In this document: piece after piece, positions 13,724 through 28,083 of the stretch
How the letters are laid out: every line of letters begins with the position of its first letter
Position numbering within the stretch: position 1 is the stretch's first letter
NCBI RefSeq assembly: GCF_009914755.1
Contig: NC_060925.1
Length of the DNA stretch: 64,000 nt
Origin: the human T2T-CHM13v2.0 reference genome, Homo sapiens
Direction: 5' to 3' (one strand)
Position numbers and translations under genes: made by a program
Notes under the pieces: generated by a model
Database searches by the model: none
Told to the model about the DNA's origin: nothing
What the model saw: the letters and a program-made list of their open reading frames with translations, nothing else

Positions 13724-16700
13724 TGGATTCAGTGTGTTGACAGAGGGGCTAGTTTTAGAAAAGGAAAGGAACATCTCTTCCTCTGAGATAAAAATCGAAG
13801 GAGGGAAGGACGAATGAAGTCACTTGGGGGATTCTGAGTTGGAAAGAAAGCTGAAGGAGTTACATCAGGTGGACGCCATCTTCTCAACCAAAGCAATCTC
13901 TAAACAGAGGCCCAGGGAAGGGAAGGGGAGGGAAGTGGAAGGGATTTACAACTGGAAAAGAGAGGGAGCCAGTAAGAAATGGATCAAATGACTCACTTAT
14001 GTTTAACATCATTAATTAAACATAAATGCTTCTCTCTCCTCTTAGATCTTAGAAAATTCCAGAAGAAATAGATACTGGCACTGATAAAAGGGAAAATACT
14101 TCAGAATATTATATAGGCGATAGGCTCACTATCAGCTCAAATGGGGAAACTAGGAGAGGACATAAAATAAAAGGCTCTAGAGACAGTTTTTGTCTTTATT
14201 CTACTTTTCATCGCTATTTTTCATTTAGTGCCCTGGAAATCCATTTGTAGTATCAAGGGCTCTAGGCTTTTACATTCTTCAGAGTTCCTCTGGGTTAGGA
14301 AGAATAAGTTAGACTACCTTCTTTTTCTTTTTTTAGGCAGTCAGAAGAGTGCTCAGATATCAAATAAGGAGCCAAAACCAAATGGGATCTTCCAAATTTG
14401 GGAGCAACACTGTAATTTAAAAACATAGTTGGGTTTGTCAATACAAAGCAAAATAGATCAAAGTTAATGTAGATAAGGGGAAAATTTATAGTTTAAGAAA
14501 AGGGTGAAAAATGATAATAAGCTCTTCCCCATTTTGGAGCAAAGTAAGATGAAAGTAAAAAAAAAAACAAAACTGCAAACACCTGCAATAAACTTCTGCC
14601 CCTTAATAAGAAGAATAATAGTGGATATTTATTGAAAATTTATTATATGACAGATGCTATTGTATCAAAGGTACTCACATTAACATATTTAGTCTTTACA
14701 GAAGCCTTTCACACAAGACCCAATACTTGTCTGCAATATACAGATGAAAAGAAAACAAGGCACAGTAAAATCAAGAAACTTCCCCAAGATTGCAAAGCTC
14801 CTAAGTATAGCCAGATTCAAACCCAGGTAATCTGGCCCTATAGTCCACATGCTTATGTCTGGAATACGAAGAAATGAAGGGAGAGGAAGAGGGAAGGAGG
14901 GAGGGAGAAGTACTATTCATTCAGTGCTGAACAATTCTTTAGTACCATACAATTGTTCATTACTGCAGCTTAAGAACGTTTCCTGCGGTATCATTGTGTC
15001 TATCAACAATACCCTTGGACGACAATATAAGGACACCCATAGAACTTAGATTCTGGTCTTTAATAGAAGTCTTCATGAAAAGGAACCAGGGCTCATTTGA
15101 AAGTAGACAATACCATGTCTCAAAGCTAGCTAATTTAAAATAGCACTAGAAAAGCTTGCTGTTGCCAAAAAGCAAGGCTGCTCTTAGAGATACCTGCAAT
15201 AGTGTCAAAAAGTACAAAAGGTGGCTCTCACTGGCCAAGTAGTGACAATTTGGGCATTAAAAGGGAAAACAATGATTAAAGTCCACTGGAGCAAGCTGAG
15301 TCTGTTAAGACCACTCTAAGGTCATGATACTAAACAGGAAAGTGACAAAATACTAGGAGGTAATTGTCAACACATAAAGTGGTCTCTCAATAGTGTCTTC
15401 TAGGAATGTCATATATTGATGAACCAAATTTTGTGTGTACTATGCTGAAGCGGCAGCTGAGTTATTGATATAAATCTAGATGTCTGTAGATATTTTTTAA
15501 GCAATGATAGGTCAGAGGAAGAGATTCAGCAAATAAAGTATGTGAAAAATATAAAGTAGTCAGCTTTTTAATAGAGAAACTTGAAAATTTAGAAAGGATG
15601 TATAAAAAGTCTATGTGTGAAGGGGTGGTATATTACAAAGTGAATTTGGCCCTTGCTATACTTTCTGTGACCAGACTTTGGTGATCTAGGACACTCCTTA
15701 TTGGAGAACTGCTGTGGAAACTTATACATTGGTTACCCAGCCTATAATATTACATGGGACCCCTTTTGTACAGACCCAAATCTATTCAATTTAGGATGAA
15801 AGAAAATTTCTGGATTCAGGAATAATGGGGATTAGATAGGTTAGAGATAGAGACTGAGACATAGAGATACAGATAGATAGACTGAGTTGTTCCGTTTCCT
15901 TCATACTTCAGACTAAGTGAGCAAACTAAAATGAATGTGAAGATATGTGGGCAAGAGTGAGCCAACCTAGACCGGTAGCCACCCAGGCACGGGGGCTGAT
16001 TCAGGAAGATGAGAGGCAAGTGTGAGGAGGTCTTGAACAGAGGCTGCCATAACTACCTAGATAAAATAGGTGACACATGCTTATCAATATGATTATATGG
16101 CAATGTTAGCCCACCCAAGACAGTATGTTTACTCAGCTTGCTTAACGATACTTTGCAGAAATTAATTTCCATATTGTCATGAGGATTGGGCCTGAAGTCA
16201 GGGAGGAGAAGGATGCTGACTGGTTCTGTGTGTATTTATCAGGGAGGAATAGCAACAAAAGTCCCTCTTCTAGTGAGTGTCTAATAGTGTCTCTAATAAG
16301 TGGTGGAGTAGCAACTGAAAATGACTGACGTAGGATAGCTCTGTGTGGGCGGAAGGGAAGATGGAAGTAGCTATATATACAAAATGAAGACCTCTCCTCT
16401 GAAAGGGTGGGTGTTCATGTGAGAGCAGGTGTTCTGCAATTGAGCAGCACCTGGAGCTCAGCTCCAATGTCTCTGCTGGTCCCTGAGGACATGATGTGTG
16501 GGAAACTTCACCGTGTGTGGCTACCTCTCACAAGAATGAGGTACGAGGATGATCAGGGGCACTAGCGAATTGCAAAATAGCCAAGTCACAGGATGCATGC
16601 AACCTAAACTAGCAGTTTGAACTTTCCTTACCTATCAGTGATGTCCCAGGCCTACTGACATGTAGGTTACTAGCAGAAAGTAGAAAATGTCTTTCACCCC

Positions 16701-17976
16701 CTCAGGTAACCAAAGTGACATGGAGATTTAAAGTTATAAGGACCAAATAAATCATTTAAAACATATTGGGAAATGGTGGAAGTGCCCAGAAATCCAATAC
16801 AAAGAGACAAAAAAAAAAGGTCATTTACTGGCAAAGATCTTATTTTTGGGGCATTACAACTGAGGCTCATTAAAAGACATTTGGAAAATAAGTTTAGAGC
16901 CTTTGATATTTTGTAGATTTGTGAGGGAAATTATGATAAAATTATCCACTATCAGTACAGTAATCTAGCAGCAAAATAATACAAAGGGGGGAAGAAATAA
17001 AACAAGACAAAAAATCATAAGGATTTTTTTATAGGAGACATACTTTTTTAGAGAGGCATATGAAAGTTGGAAAAACATTGAGTGGGCAGAATGAATCAGA
17101 ATGGGAATCTTATTAGAGGATAGAGAGGCTAGTTAGCAGAAATAAGATGAATTAAAGTACTATATTTAAGAAAGAGTACACCAGATGAAGAGGTCTTGGG
17201 GAGAGACTGTCAAAACTGTGATGAGATGCTGACAGACTGTAAATGTTGATATTCTTTCAACTTTCAGAAGTGAGGAGCGCTACACACACAGAGGGAGTTT
17301 AACGATAAAGTAATAAGATCTCAGCAAAGGTTGAACTGCATAAGCAGCACTTTATGATAGTGACAACACACGGAGAAAAGCAGAAAGATAACACATTGGA
17401 CTTCAGAACAAAGTAATTGGAAACTGAGCATCATGGGGTAGAGTTAGCACCACTTTCAGGTAAAGTCTGGGAAGAAGTCCAGGGAGGTTAGCTCCAGGAA
17501 AGGGATGAAGTCATGAGAGGAAGGACTGGAATTTTCTAGAGAAACATTTAAGTTGAGACTGGCATGCTCGAGCTTCTGCAGACCAGTGGATTTTCCTACT
17601 GGTCTGTGTCAGCACCAGTATATTCAATGGTGCTTCTCCAAAAAGCCCTCACCTCTTTTACCAGGGACATGACTGCCTGGAGGAATCTAGAACTGAACAA
17701 CAGTGAGACCCACTCTCCTGCAGACTTATGAGGGCCTGGACCAATGGCTGAGGCTGCCCTGAGGACAAGGATGGGTAAAACCAGGAGTCAACCAGTTTAA
17801 GAATTGGCTGCCAGATCGAGGCAAAAAAAAAAATTCAAAAAAAAAAAAATTCAAGTGAGACTTCAAGATGCTGCAGGAAGCATGGTGGTATGCTAGTCAT
17901 GATCTGGCAAATGGATGGGAGGAAAATTAAGACAGAAGGGGTTGATAGAGGAGGAGATTCAGGGAGGTAAGAGACT

Positions 17977-18506
17977 GAATAAACAAATGGACAATGGCCA
18001 AATCATATATGAAGGCTGTACAATCTGTAGCCTCCTGCCCAGGAAACTAACCCCTTATCTGCAATAACCAGCCCAGGAAGACAGTATGCTGTAAGTTAGA
18101 CTTGTAGGAAATCAGATTGCTATCTCTAGTAACAATCCAGGAAGCTAAACAATAATTTCTGTAACAATCGGCCCCAAATGGCCAGGACTTGATTAATGAC
18201 CAACAGCTTCCTTAATTTTTGTTGCTATTTCCAATTCAGGATCAACCAGAAAAAGTCAAATATGACCCTCTAACCAATTACATAGGATGTCACTTCTCGT
18301 TATCGCACCTACAGCCTACCGAAGCCAATAGCCTCTAATCAGAGCACACCTAGAGCCTTCTTTCTTCCACTGTGAAGCTTTCCCATTTCTCTGCCTGCCT
18401 TTGAGTCTCTGCAAAACACAATTGATGGTGGGTGACTCCCTTGTGGCAGCAAGCTCTAACTAAATAGCCTCTGCTCTCATGTGATTGGTCTTTGTATATT
18501 TCCATA
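17977..18506 (+). mobile_element. ERV1 solo LTR (MER31/MER67-like)
   Basis: TG start, repeated ccaggaag/ccaat boxes, 3' end homologous to 13585-13723. Confidence 0.65.
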
Positions 18507-18855
18507 GAACCAAAGACTAAAATCATGATAGATTCGAGATAAGTGAAGACGTGGGAGGAAAAGGAAGTAGGCTGTGAATAGAGAAGAGGAATTTCTAGAC
18601 TCTTTGGAGGAACAAGGAGATAATTAACATTTGCATATTATTTATTATGAGTTTCCTGATGCTTTGGCATGGGTTTATACAATTTACTGAATCCTCATAA
18701 ACTTTGTGACACAGATTTTTTTAATCTATGATTTTTAAGGAAAATGAAATTAAAAGAGCTTTCATAACCCATTAAGGGTGAAGAGGTGTCCCACACCGAA
18801 TTTATTCATTTCACTATGTCAGGCCACTCTCCCAGACCCTCTCTGACATCCCCAT

Positions 18856-19207
18856 TTTATTAGTCCGTTTTGACACTGCTGACAAAGACATACCTGAAAC
18901 TGGGAACAAAAAAGGGTATAATTGGACTTACAGTTCCACAGGGCTGAGGAGGCCTCAGAATCATGGCGGGAGATGAAACGCTCTTCTTACATGGCAGTGG
19001 CAAGAGAAAATGAGAGAGAAGCAAAAACAGAAACTCCTGATAAACCCATCAGATCTCGTGAGACTTATTCTCTATCACGAGAATAGCACTGGAAAGATGG
19101 CCCCCATGATTCAATTACCTCCTCCTGGGTCCTTCCCACAACACGTGGGAATTCCGGGAGATACAATACAAGTTGAGATTTGAATGGGGCACAGCCAAAC
19201 CATATCA
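18856..19207 (-). mobile_element. THE1 (MaLR) solo LTR
   Basis: Ends cagccaaaccatatca (reverse complement of the THE1 start TGATATGGTTTGG); 5-bp TSD-like cccat/cccac. Confidence 0.92.
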
Positions 19208-19613
19208 CCCACTGCAGTTGTGACCATGGTAAATTGCCACAATCGTCTCATGACTCTACTGTAACTCCTTGTGCAGTCTCTTGGTGCTCTGCCGATAGGG
19301 GATGAATGAAATAATTCAATTCATATCTTCCCCAAGCTTACAGTTAGTAAGTAGTAGAATGTAGGTTTAAATTCAGATCTTCCTAATTTCAAAGTCCATG
19401 GTTGTTAACTGCGTTAGGCTAGCTTGGAAATGGATTTGCTTGCTGGCAGGTAGGTGTGAGGGTGAAGTGGATATTAAATGTATTGATTTGAAGTGCTTAA
19501 AAAATGGCAAGGCTAGAGTATTGGGAAGTAAATTCTTAAGTTGCTAAAAACATTGGCAAGGGATGAGATGGATGGGTGGAGGTCTGTTAGCCAGGCACAA
19601 AAGGCTCACTCCC

Positions 19614-19774
19614 CAGGAAATGATTGAGGAACTCCAGAAACGTTGCATCCACCTGGAGTACCCTCTGTTGGCAGAATATGACTTTCAGAAGGATTCTGTC
19701 AACCTTGATATCAACACTGACCTAAAGCCCACAGGTGTCCTCAGACCCTATCAGGAGAAGAGCTTGTGGAAGAT
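19614..19774 (+). pseudogene. ERCC3: Short ERCC3 (XPB helicase) derived fragment, no poly(A) tail (symbol given is the parent gene)
   Basis: Translation [52 protein letters not shown] versus recalled [55 protein letters not shown]. Similarity stops abruptly on both sides. Confidence 0.92.
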
Positions 19775-20695
19775 CAAATCAAATTCAAATGAGAATAATC
19801 CAGAAAAGGTGGTGAAACAACAGGTTGGAAACTGGATTAGGGTATAAGGAAATGCAGCAACCCTACCTCCTCATCCTGTGCATTGGAGAGAAGAGCAAAA
19901 GCAGAAACTTCCTGGGGGTGAAGTTAGGGGAAGCAAGATACCAGTTTCAGGACAGACACACAAGAAGTGTATGTTGTAATGTCTGAGAATGCAGAACAGA
20001 AACACAGGGCACAGGGCAAGAAGCTGCAGAGGAAAGACCTAGAGGTGATGTATGTTTCAGAAAAGATCTCCCCCCCCCCCATACATACAACCATATATCA
20101 TATGTAATATCACATATATATGATATATGTTATCTAGTAACCAGGGTAGTGAGTCCAACCACCCAAAGGAAAGGAGAATGCCTAGTAGCTAGAATAATAT
20201 TTTCTAGATGGTGGGAGAAGTAGAATTAAGTCATTAGAATTTAGTTACTGATAGAAGAAATAGCCAGACCCTAATTCCAGTTGCATGAATTAAAAATAAA
20301 AATTAAAGCAAATTTTAGCTTCCTCCAAGTGAAAAAAAAATGAACTTTTGTTGTTGAAAATGACCAATACCTGATAATGTGCACTGAAATGAGCAGGTAT
20401 TTTGTCTTAAGGAAACTGCTACGGTTTGACCTCTATGAAATTGCCTTCTAGGTGTTCGAGTTTGCATTTAAAATACACAGCACTCTTCACTTTAAGGTGA
20501 GGAGAGAGAGAAGCAGTGTGTTCTCACTCTGTAAATATGAGTCATGGGCCCCTTGTCTATGTATATTTGACAAGTAACAGCATTAGCAAGAGATGACAGT
20601 AATCTACTGTTCTTCGGTTGCTTTCATTACAGTAATCACAAAACAATTTTTCATCCAAATCCAGTCTGAGAAGTAAATATATTTATGAAATACCT

Positions 20696-21072
20696 TTTTT
20701 TATTTCCAGCTTTTAAGTTCAGGGGTACAAGTGCAGGATGTGCAGGTTTGTTACATAGGGAAATGTGGGTGATGGTGGTTTGCTGCAGAGATCATCCCAT
20801 CACCCAAGTAAATATTAAGCCCAGCATCCATCAGCTATTCTTCCTGATGCTCTCCGTCCTCCCACCCCTGACTCTCCAACAGGCCCTAGGGTGTGTTGTT
20901 CCCCACCATGTGTCCATGTGTTCTCATCATTTAGCTCCCACTTATAAGTCAGAACATGCAGTATTTGGTTTTCTGCTCCTGCATTAGCTTGCTAAGGATA
21001 ATGGCTTTCAATTCCATTCATGTCCCTGCAAAGGACGTGATCTTGTTCCTTTTTATGGCTACATAATATTAT
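20696..21072 (-). mobile_element. L1PA (older) 3'UTR fragment
   Basis: ttttaagttcaggggtacaagtgcagg…; TSD-like aataccttt on both sides. Confidence 0.88.
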
Positions 21073-22162
21073 GGAATACCTTTCTAACATGAAGGAAGAA
21101 AATCTAAAATGTGTTTTGATTTCTTTCTTTTATGCTTTGCTCTGTATGTAATACCTGTTGCCTGGTAACTAGACTATAAGGTACCATGGGTTAAACATAA
21201 ATGCCAATTGTCTTTTCAGAACATTTCCTGCAACAGAACATTCAACCTCAAAGCAAAATATCCAGGATAAAACTCACATACACATTACCAGGTTGTTGTT
21301 TATTTTAAGCTAGGAAAGTTGGGGGGTGGTCTTAGGCTAATGCTTTCCACTGGGAAATATAATAATTTAAATTTATTATAAGCTCTAATTCATAATTACT
21401 GTTGTAATTTAGTGGCCTCACTTCAGCTTTGCAGCAATACATATATAAAAATAGACCTCTTATCTATCTGCCTGCTTTTGGTACTTTTCTTCACCCTCCC
21501 CGAACCTGAAAAAATGGTAGCAGCTCAAAGAAGAGTTTGATGAGGAGATTTCTGGGGTTGAGACTACACTGTGATGTCTCTGCCAGTCAGCAAGGCCCCC
21601 AGGAAATGCTACTTAATGTAACTGAAGAGACATAATGCATACATAAACCTGTAAAGCTATTGTAGTTTCTAGATTAAAAACAAACTGTGTGCTAAACTGG
21701 GACAGGTCGAGGAGCCCTGTGTCTTCTCATCGACACACTTACTTCTTCAATCCCTAACGTTAAGTTGGAATTTTCCCTGAGACGTGTATTTTTTAACTTA
21801 CATTTGATGGAACAACTAGCACAGCGTTCTTTGTCCATTGGGGCACTCCTTTTTACAGGCTCATCATGAACACCCAAAACAAACCTCATATACAGTGGTC
21901 TCCAGAAATGCTGACTGTTAGAAAAATTTTTTTGTTCCCACCAGCCTGTAGAGAATATGACCAGATTGTAAAGTGAATTCAATCATTACTCATTACTTGC
22001 CCTAAAAGTAAGAGTACTAGTGGACAGACTCACACCTCAGCTTAAGCTAAGGGGAGCCTGGATGACTACGTGTGTTTATGTATTCTCTTCTCCATTGTTC
22101 AAGGCCCTCTTTGGATTTCTTGCCCGCCCCCTAAAAGAGAATTTTTGTTTGTTACCTCTTAC

Positions 22163-22299
22163 CGACATTTATTTTGGCAATTTTTTTCTGAGAGTCCATC
22201 CTCATCCTCTCCCATGATGTCCACGGCTGAAAAGATCAGTGCAACCAGAATGGCAAAGCAGCACACCAGGGCAAAGATCACGATGCACTTCTGCTGGGA
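22163..22299 (-). CDS. PLD5: Internal coding exon of phospholipase D family member 5 (inactive PLD5), encoding the type II transmembrane anchor
   Basis: Minus strand reads tttgtttcctctttcag|TCCCAGCAG...AAATGTCG|gtaaga, with a canonical AG acceptor and pyrimidine tract and a GT donor. Length 137 nt (phase 0 to 2). Translation SQQKCIVIFALVCCFAILVALIFSAVDIMGEDEDGLSEKNCQNKC(R) matches recalled human PLD5. Confidence 0.96.
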
Positions 22300-22646
22300 C
22301 TGAAAGAGGAAACAAAGAAAAGTAAGTGGTGCTGCTTTCTCTTGGGAAACTCAAGAAGTGACAACTTCTCAACATTCCATGAAAAATGGGTGGGGATACG
22401 ATTATCACTGCCTAGAAGGGAAATCTATTCTCTAGTGAACATGCCAAAGATCTTTATGCTTATTTCTCAACACAGCCTTCAAACCCCACTCTAAGTGATA
22501 GACCCTGTTAAATAATTCAAGTGTAGTATCCAGGCTTCTGAATGAGTTTGCTCTTCTTCTTCTTCCTACTCAAAAGCAGTCCAGAAAAGATCACTAGATA
22601 TCTATTGTTTCAAATTAAAAATGAAACACATATGCTAGCATCATGC

Positions 22647-23554
<908 letters not shown>

Positions 23555-23799
23555 ACGTGTTATTTAACTGACATTGTTCATTTTAAAATCTGAACATAAA
23601 CATAACTCTTGATATGATTTTCACTTAGAAATACCAGCTGAATGTCCAGGTGGTCAAAGTCACTCACATACATATCATTAGGCCCCAGTATGATAATCTG
23701 AGCCATCTCTCTCTCTAGGGGCTCATGGCTAAAAGTGGCAGAAGACAGGGCCATGATAACTGGGAAGGAGCTGTGACCACTGTGACAAATCATTTTGAC

Positions 23800-24330
23800 T
23801 GCTACAGTCTGAATATTTGTGTACACCCAAAATTCACATGTTGAAACCTTAACCTCCAAGGTGATGATATTAGTAGATGGGGACTTTTGGGAGCTGATTA
23901 GGTCACGAAGACAGAGTTTTGCCCTCATGAATGAGTCTCAGAGATGGGCATGGTGACATGCACCTATAGTCCCAGCTAGTAAGGAGGCTGGGGTTGGAAG
24001 ACTGCTTGATTCCAGGGTTTTGAGGCTGCAGTGCACTATGACTGTGCCTGTGAATAGCCACTACACTCCAGTGTGGGCATCATAGTGAGACTTTGTCTCT
24101 AAAAGAAAAAAAAAGGCCTTAAAGAGCTCCCTTGCCCCTTCTATCATGTGGGAATACAGCAAGATGGCACCATAGATGAAAAAGGAAATGGGCCCTCACC
24201 AGATGCCAAATCTACCAGCATCTTGATCTTGGATTTCCCAGCCTCCAAAACTGTGAGAAATAAGTTTCTGTTGTATATAAGCTACCGAGTTTATGATATT
24301 TTGTTATGGTAGCCCAAAAAGACCAAGATA
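23800..24330 (+). mobile_element. MLT1 (MaLR) LTR with FLAM/Alu monomer inserted (~23940-24115)
   Basis: tgctacagtctgaatatttgtgtacacccaaaattcacatgttgaaacc…ccagcctccaaaactgtgagaaataag. Confidence 0.8.
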
Positions 24331-24482
24331 AATTAGATAAATTCTGGATGGAGAAAGGAGGAAAAGCAATTTTAAAAGTCTATGTACAGCTTTTAAGGGT
24401 TATTTACAGAGGTGAAAGGGTCATCTTTGGTCAGGCAGCCAGGCATACATCACTCTGTTAGTGATAAATATATGTATACACA

Positions 24483-24485
<3 letters not shown>

Positions 24486-24518
<33 letters not shown>
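24486..24518. repeat. (CA)n microsatellite
   Basis: About 16 uninterrupted CA units. Confidence 0.95.
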
Positions 24519-24521
<3 letters not shown>

Positions 24522-24940
24522 CAGAGCCTTTCTGAAACCAGCTGACTTTGCATCCTCTTACCACCCGGCTTCACTTTATCACCAAAGCCACATGATTTCC
24601 TAAGAATCCAAGGAAACTCCCAAACTCAGAGTCCAGGTCATCGAGAGGTATCCTTAAATGACAGATTGTAGTTAGAAACAGATGTAGTCAAGTCAAAGGA
24701 ATGAATGGTGTTTCTGTGACCAGGCACTGTCAGCCCACACGAGTGCTTCATTTTTGTTTCAAATCCTCCTTCAGGCCTCATCTCCTATTGCAACCTCAAT
24801 CCAAGTCCACTCCTGCCTGTCATTATATTTTCTTACTCCTCCCTCAAACATGAAGTGATGAAAGCCAAAGAAAGATACAGCCATTATTCTTTTACCCTAG
24901 ACCCTGCTTATCTGTAAGACATGGATTCTGTTTTATTCTT

Positions 24941-25241
24941 TTTTTTTTTTTTTCCTTTTGAGACAGAGTTTCAATCTTGTTGCCCAGGCTGGAGTGCAAT
25001 GGCGTGATCACCGCTCACCGCAACCTCTACCTCCCAGGCTCAAGCCTCAGCCTGCCTCAGCCTCCTGAGTAGCTGAGATTACAGGCATTGCACCACTACA
25101 ACCAGCTAATTTTATATTTTTAGTAGAGATGGGGTTTCTCCATGTTGGTCAGGCTAGTCTCTAACTCCTGACTTCAGGTGATCCACCCACCTCAGTCTCC
25201 CAAAGTGCCGGGATTACAGGCATGAGCAACCGCGCCCGGCC
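24941..25241 (-). mobile_element. Alu (AluSp/Sq-like)
   Basis: Full antisense Alu; TSD ctgttttattcttt at 24928 and 25242. Confidence 0.93.
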
Positions 25242-25371
25242 CTGTTTTATTCTTTCTATCCTTATTCTTTCTATCCTCAAGCAAACAGCACAACCCTAAC
25301 AAATAGAAGGTGTTCAAGAAATAATTATTGTATAAATAGTGAATGAACAAAATGAAAATTACAATGGCATA

Positions 25372-25730
25372 TAATATGGTTTGACTGTGTCCCCACCCAA
25401 ATCTCATCTTGAATTGTAGTTCACATAATCCCCATGTGTCATGGAAGGGACGAGGCAGGAGGTAATTGAATCATGGGGGTCGGTTTTTCCCATGCGGTTC
25501 TCATGATAGTGAGTAAGTCTCACAAGATCTGATGGTTTTATGAAGGGCAGTCCCCCTGCACACACTCTCTTGCCTGCCCCCATGTAAGATGTGCCTTTGC
25601 TCCTCCTTCACTTTCCACCATGATTGTCCTCAGTCATGTGGAACTGTGAGTCCATAAAACCTCTCTTTCCTTTATAAATTACCCAGTCTCGGGTATGTCT
25701 TTATTAGCAGCATGAGAACAGACTAATACA
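25372..25730 (+). mobile_element. THE1 (MaLR) solo LTR
   Basis: taatatggtttgactgtgtccccacccaaatctcatcttgaattgtag…gactaataca; TSD-like gcata/gcatc. Confidence 0.92.
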
Positions 25731-28083
25731 GCATCCTTCTGAGAATGCAGAGACACAAAAAATGTTTCTCTCAAAACTCATTTGTGACCTTTCTGAAAAC
25801 TGGCTTGATTACATATTTTGGTGATTATAAATTTTGTATTTTATCCTTTTTTACTTTCTGCTGGTGCTACAGGCAAATTCATGGGCCACATTTAGCAACT
25901 ATATAAAACTTGCAGAATAGATTGTGTATTCGTCTTGCCATTTTATTTTTCATTCATCCCTTATTCCTCACTAATTTTTTTAAAAGTTTATATTTTGACA
26001 AATTATAGTTTTATAAGGTACAAAGTGATTTTTTACAATATCGGTAGAATCATAAGTTATAAAACTGTCCATCACCTTAAATATTTGACATTTTCATGAT
26101 GAGAACATTGGAGCTATACTCTCTTAATGATACAATGTACAGTACTCAATTATTATCTATATTCACTATGCTATGCAACAGATCTCAAAAAAGAAGCAGA
26201 CTTATTCCTCCAATCTTAGGCTTTGTACCCTTTGATTATCATCTCCTCATCCCCTCTACCCACCAGCCTCTGGTAACCACCATTCTACTCTCTACTTCTA
26301 TAACTGCAATTGTTTTATATTCCACATATAAGTGAGAACATGTGGTAATCTGCCTTTCTGTGTTTGGCTTATCACTTAGCATATGTTCTCCAATTCTATC
26401 CATGTTGGTACAAATTACAAACTTTCTTTTTTCAGGCTGAATACTATTTCGTTGTACATACATTCCATATTTTCAAAACTCCATTCATCTGTTGATGGGC
26501 ACTTAGGTTAATCCCACAGCTTGGCTATTATGAAGAGTGGTGCAATAAACATGGGTGTGCAGACATCTTTTCAACATACCGATTTAAAATCTTTGGGTAA
26601 ATACCCAAAGGTAGGACTGCTAGATCATATGGCAAATCTATTTTTAGTTTTTTGAGGAATCTCCATACAGTTTTCTATAATGGCTACACTAATTTACATT
26701 TCTTCCAACAGTGCATAAGTTCCCTTTTCTCCAGACCTTGCCAATGCTGGTCTTTTGTCCTTTTGATGATAGCCACTCTAACAGGTGTAAAGTAATATCT
26801 TGTTGTGGTTTTAATTGGCATCTCCCTAATGGTTAGTGATACTGAACATTTTTTATGTATCTGTTACCCATTTGTATGTCTTTAAAGAAATATCTGCGAA
26901 AGCCCTTTACTTATTTCTTAATCAGATTACTAGTTTTTCTTCCCATAGAGTTGAGTTTCTTGTATAGTTTGGATATTAGTTTTCTATCAGGTATATGGTT
27001 TGCAAGTATTTTCTCCTAATCCCTAGGTTGTGTCTTCACTCTGCTAATTCCTTTGTTTTAAATAAGCTTTTTATTTGAATGTAATCCCATGTGTTTATTT
27101 TTGCCTTTGTTGCCTGTGCTTTCGAGGTGAAATGTAAAAATGTTATCATCCAGGCCAATGTCATGTAGCTCTTCCCCTGTTTTAGTAGTTTCACGCTTTC
27201 AGGTTTTATGTTTCTTTAACCCATTTTGAGTTGATTTTTGTATACAGTGTGTATACAGTGTATTTCTTTTGCATATGACTATCCAGTTTTCCCAATACCA
27301 TTTATTGAAGACAGTGCTCTTTTTCCATTGTATATTCTTAGCACCTTTGTCAAAAATCAATTGACCACAGATGTGTGGTTTAATTTCTGTGCTCTCTCTT
27401 CTGTTCCATTGGTCAATGTGTCTACTTTTTTGCCAGTACTATGTTGCTTTAATTACTACTGTTTTGTAGTACAGTACAGATTGAAATCAGGTAGTGTGAT
27501 GCCTCTGGCTTTGCTCCTTTTGCTAATGATTGCCTTGGCCATTAAGAGTTTTTTATGGTTCCATATGAATTTTAGGACTGTGTTCTCTATATCTATGAAA
27601 AATGACATTGGGATTTTGATAAGAATTGCAATAAATCTGTAAATTTCTTTGCATAGTGTAATTCTTACAATATCTATTCAGGTCCTTTGCATATTTCTTA
27701 ATCAGATTGTTTTCTTTCTATAGAGTTGAGTTCCTTAGGTATTTTGAATACTAATTCTCTATCAGATACATGGCTTGCAATATTAATTATTCCAGCCAGA
27801 ATTATTTCCATATATTTGTGTCTTCAATCTTTTTCATTAATGTTTTATACTTTTTGGTGTAAAAGTCTTTCACCTCCTTGATTAAATTTATTCCTATTTT
27901 ATTTTTTATAGCTATTATAAATGGGATTATTCTCTCGATTTCTTTTCCAAAGTTTGTTGTTAGTGAAAAGAAATCCTAATTTTTCCATGTTGATTTCATA
28001 TCCTGTAACTTCACTAAATTTGTTGATAAACTCTAACAGTTTTTTTTTTTGGTGGATTCTTTAGAGTTTCTTATATGTAAGAT

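Noticed and set aside
13585-18506. Two related LTR pieces ~4.3 kb apart as a possible provirus
   Set aside because: The first is only a 3' fragment, the copies are quite diverged, and I recognise no PBS or gag/pol remnants between them; MIR/L2-like pieces intervene.
19563-19847. 94-aa ORF as a novel XPB-like microprotein gene
   Set aside because: Only the central 52 codons are ERCC3-derived; the flanks are repeat-like, no promoter is evident, and an open frame this short is expected in a young copy.
22070-22408. ORFs 22070-22303 (+) and 22202-22408 (-) over the PLD5 exon
   Set aside because: Antisense or off-frame shadows of the true exon; the real frame is defined by the splice sites and the PLD5 match.
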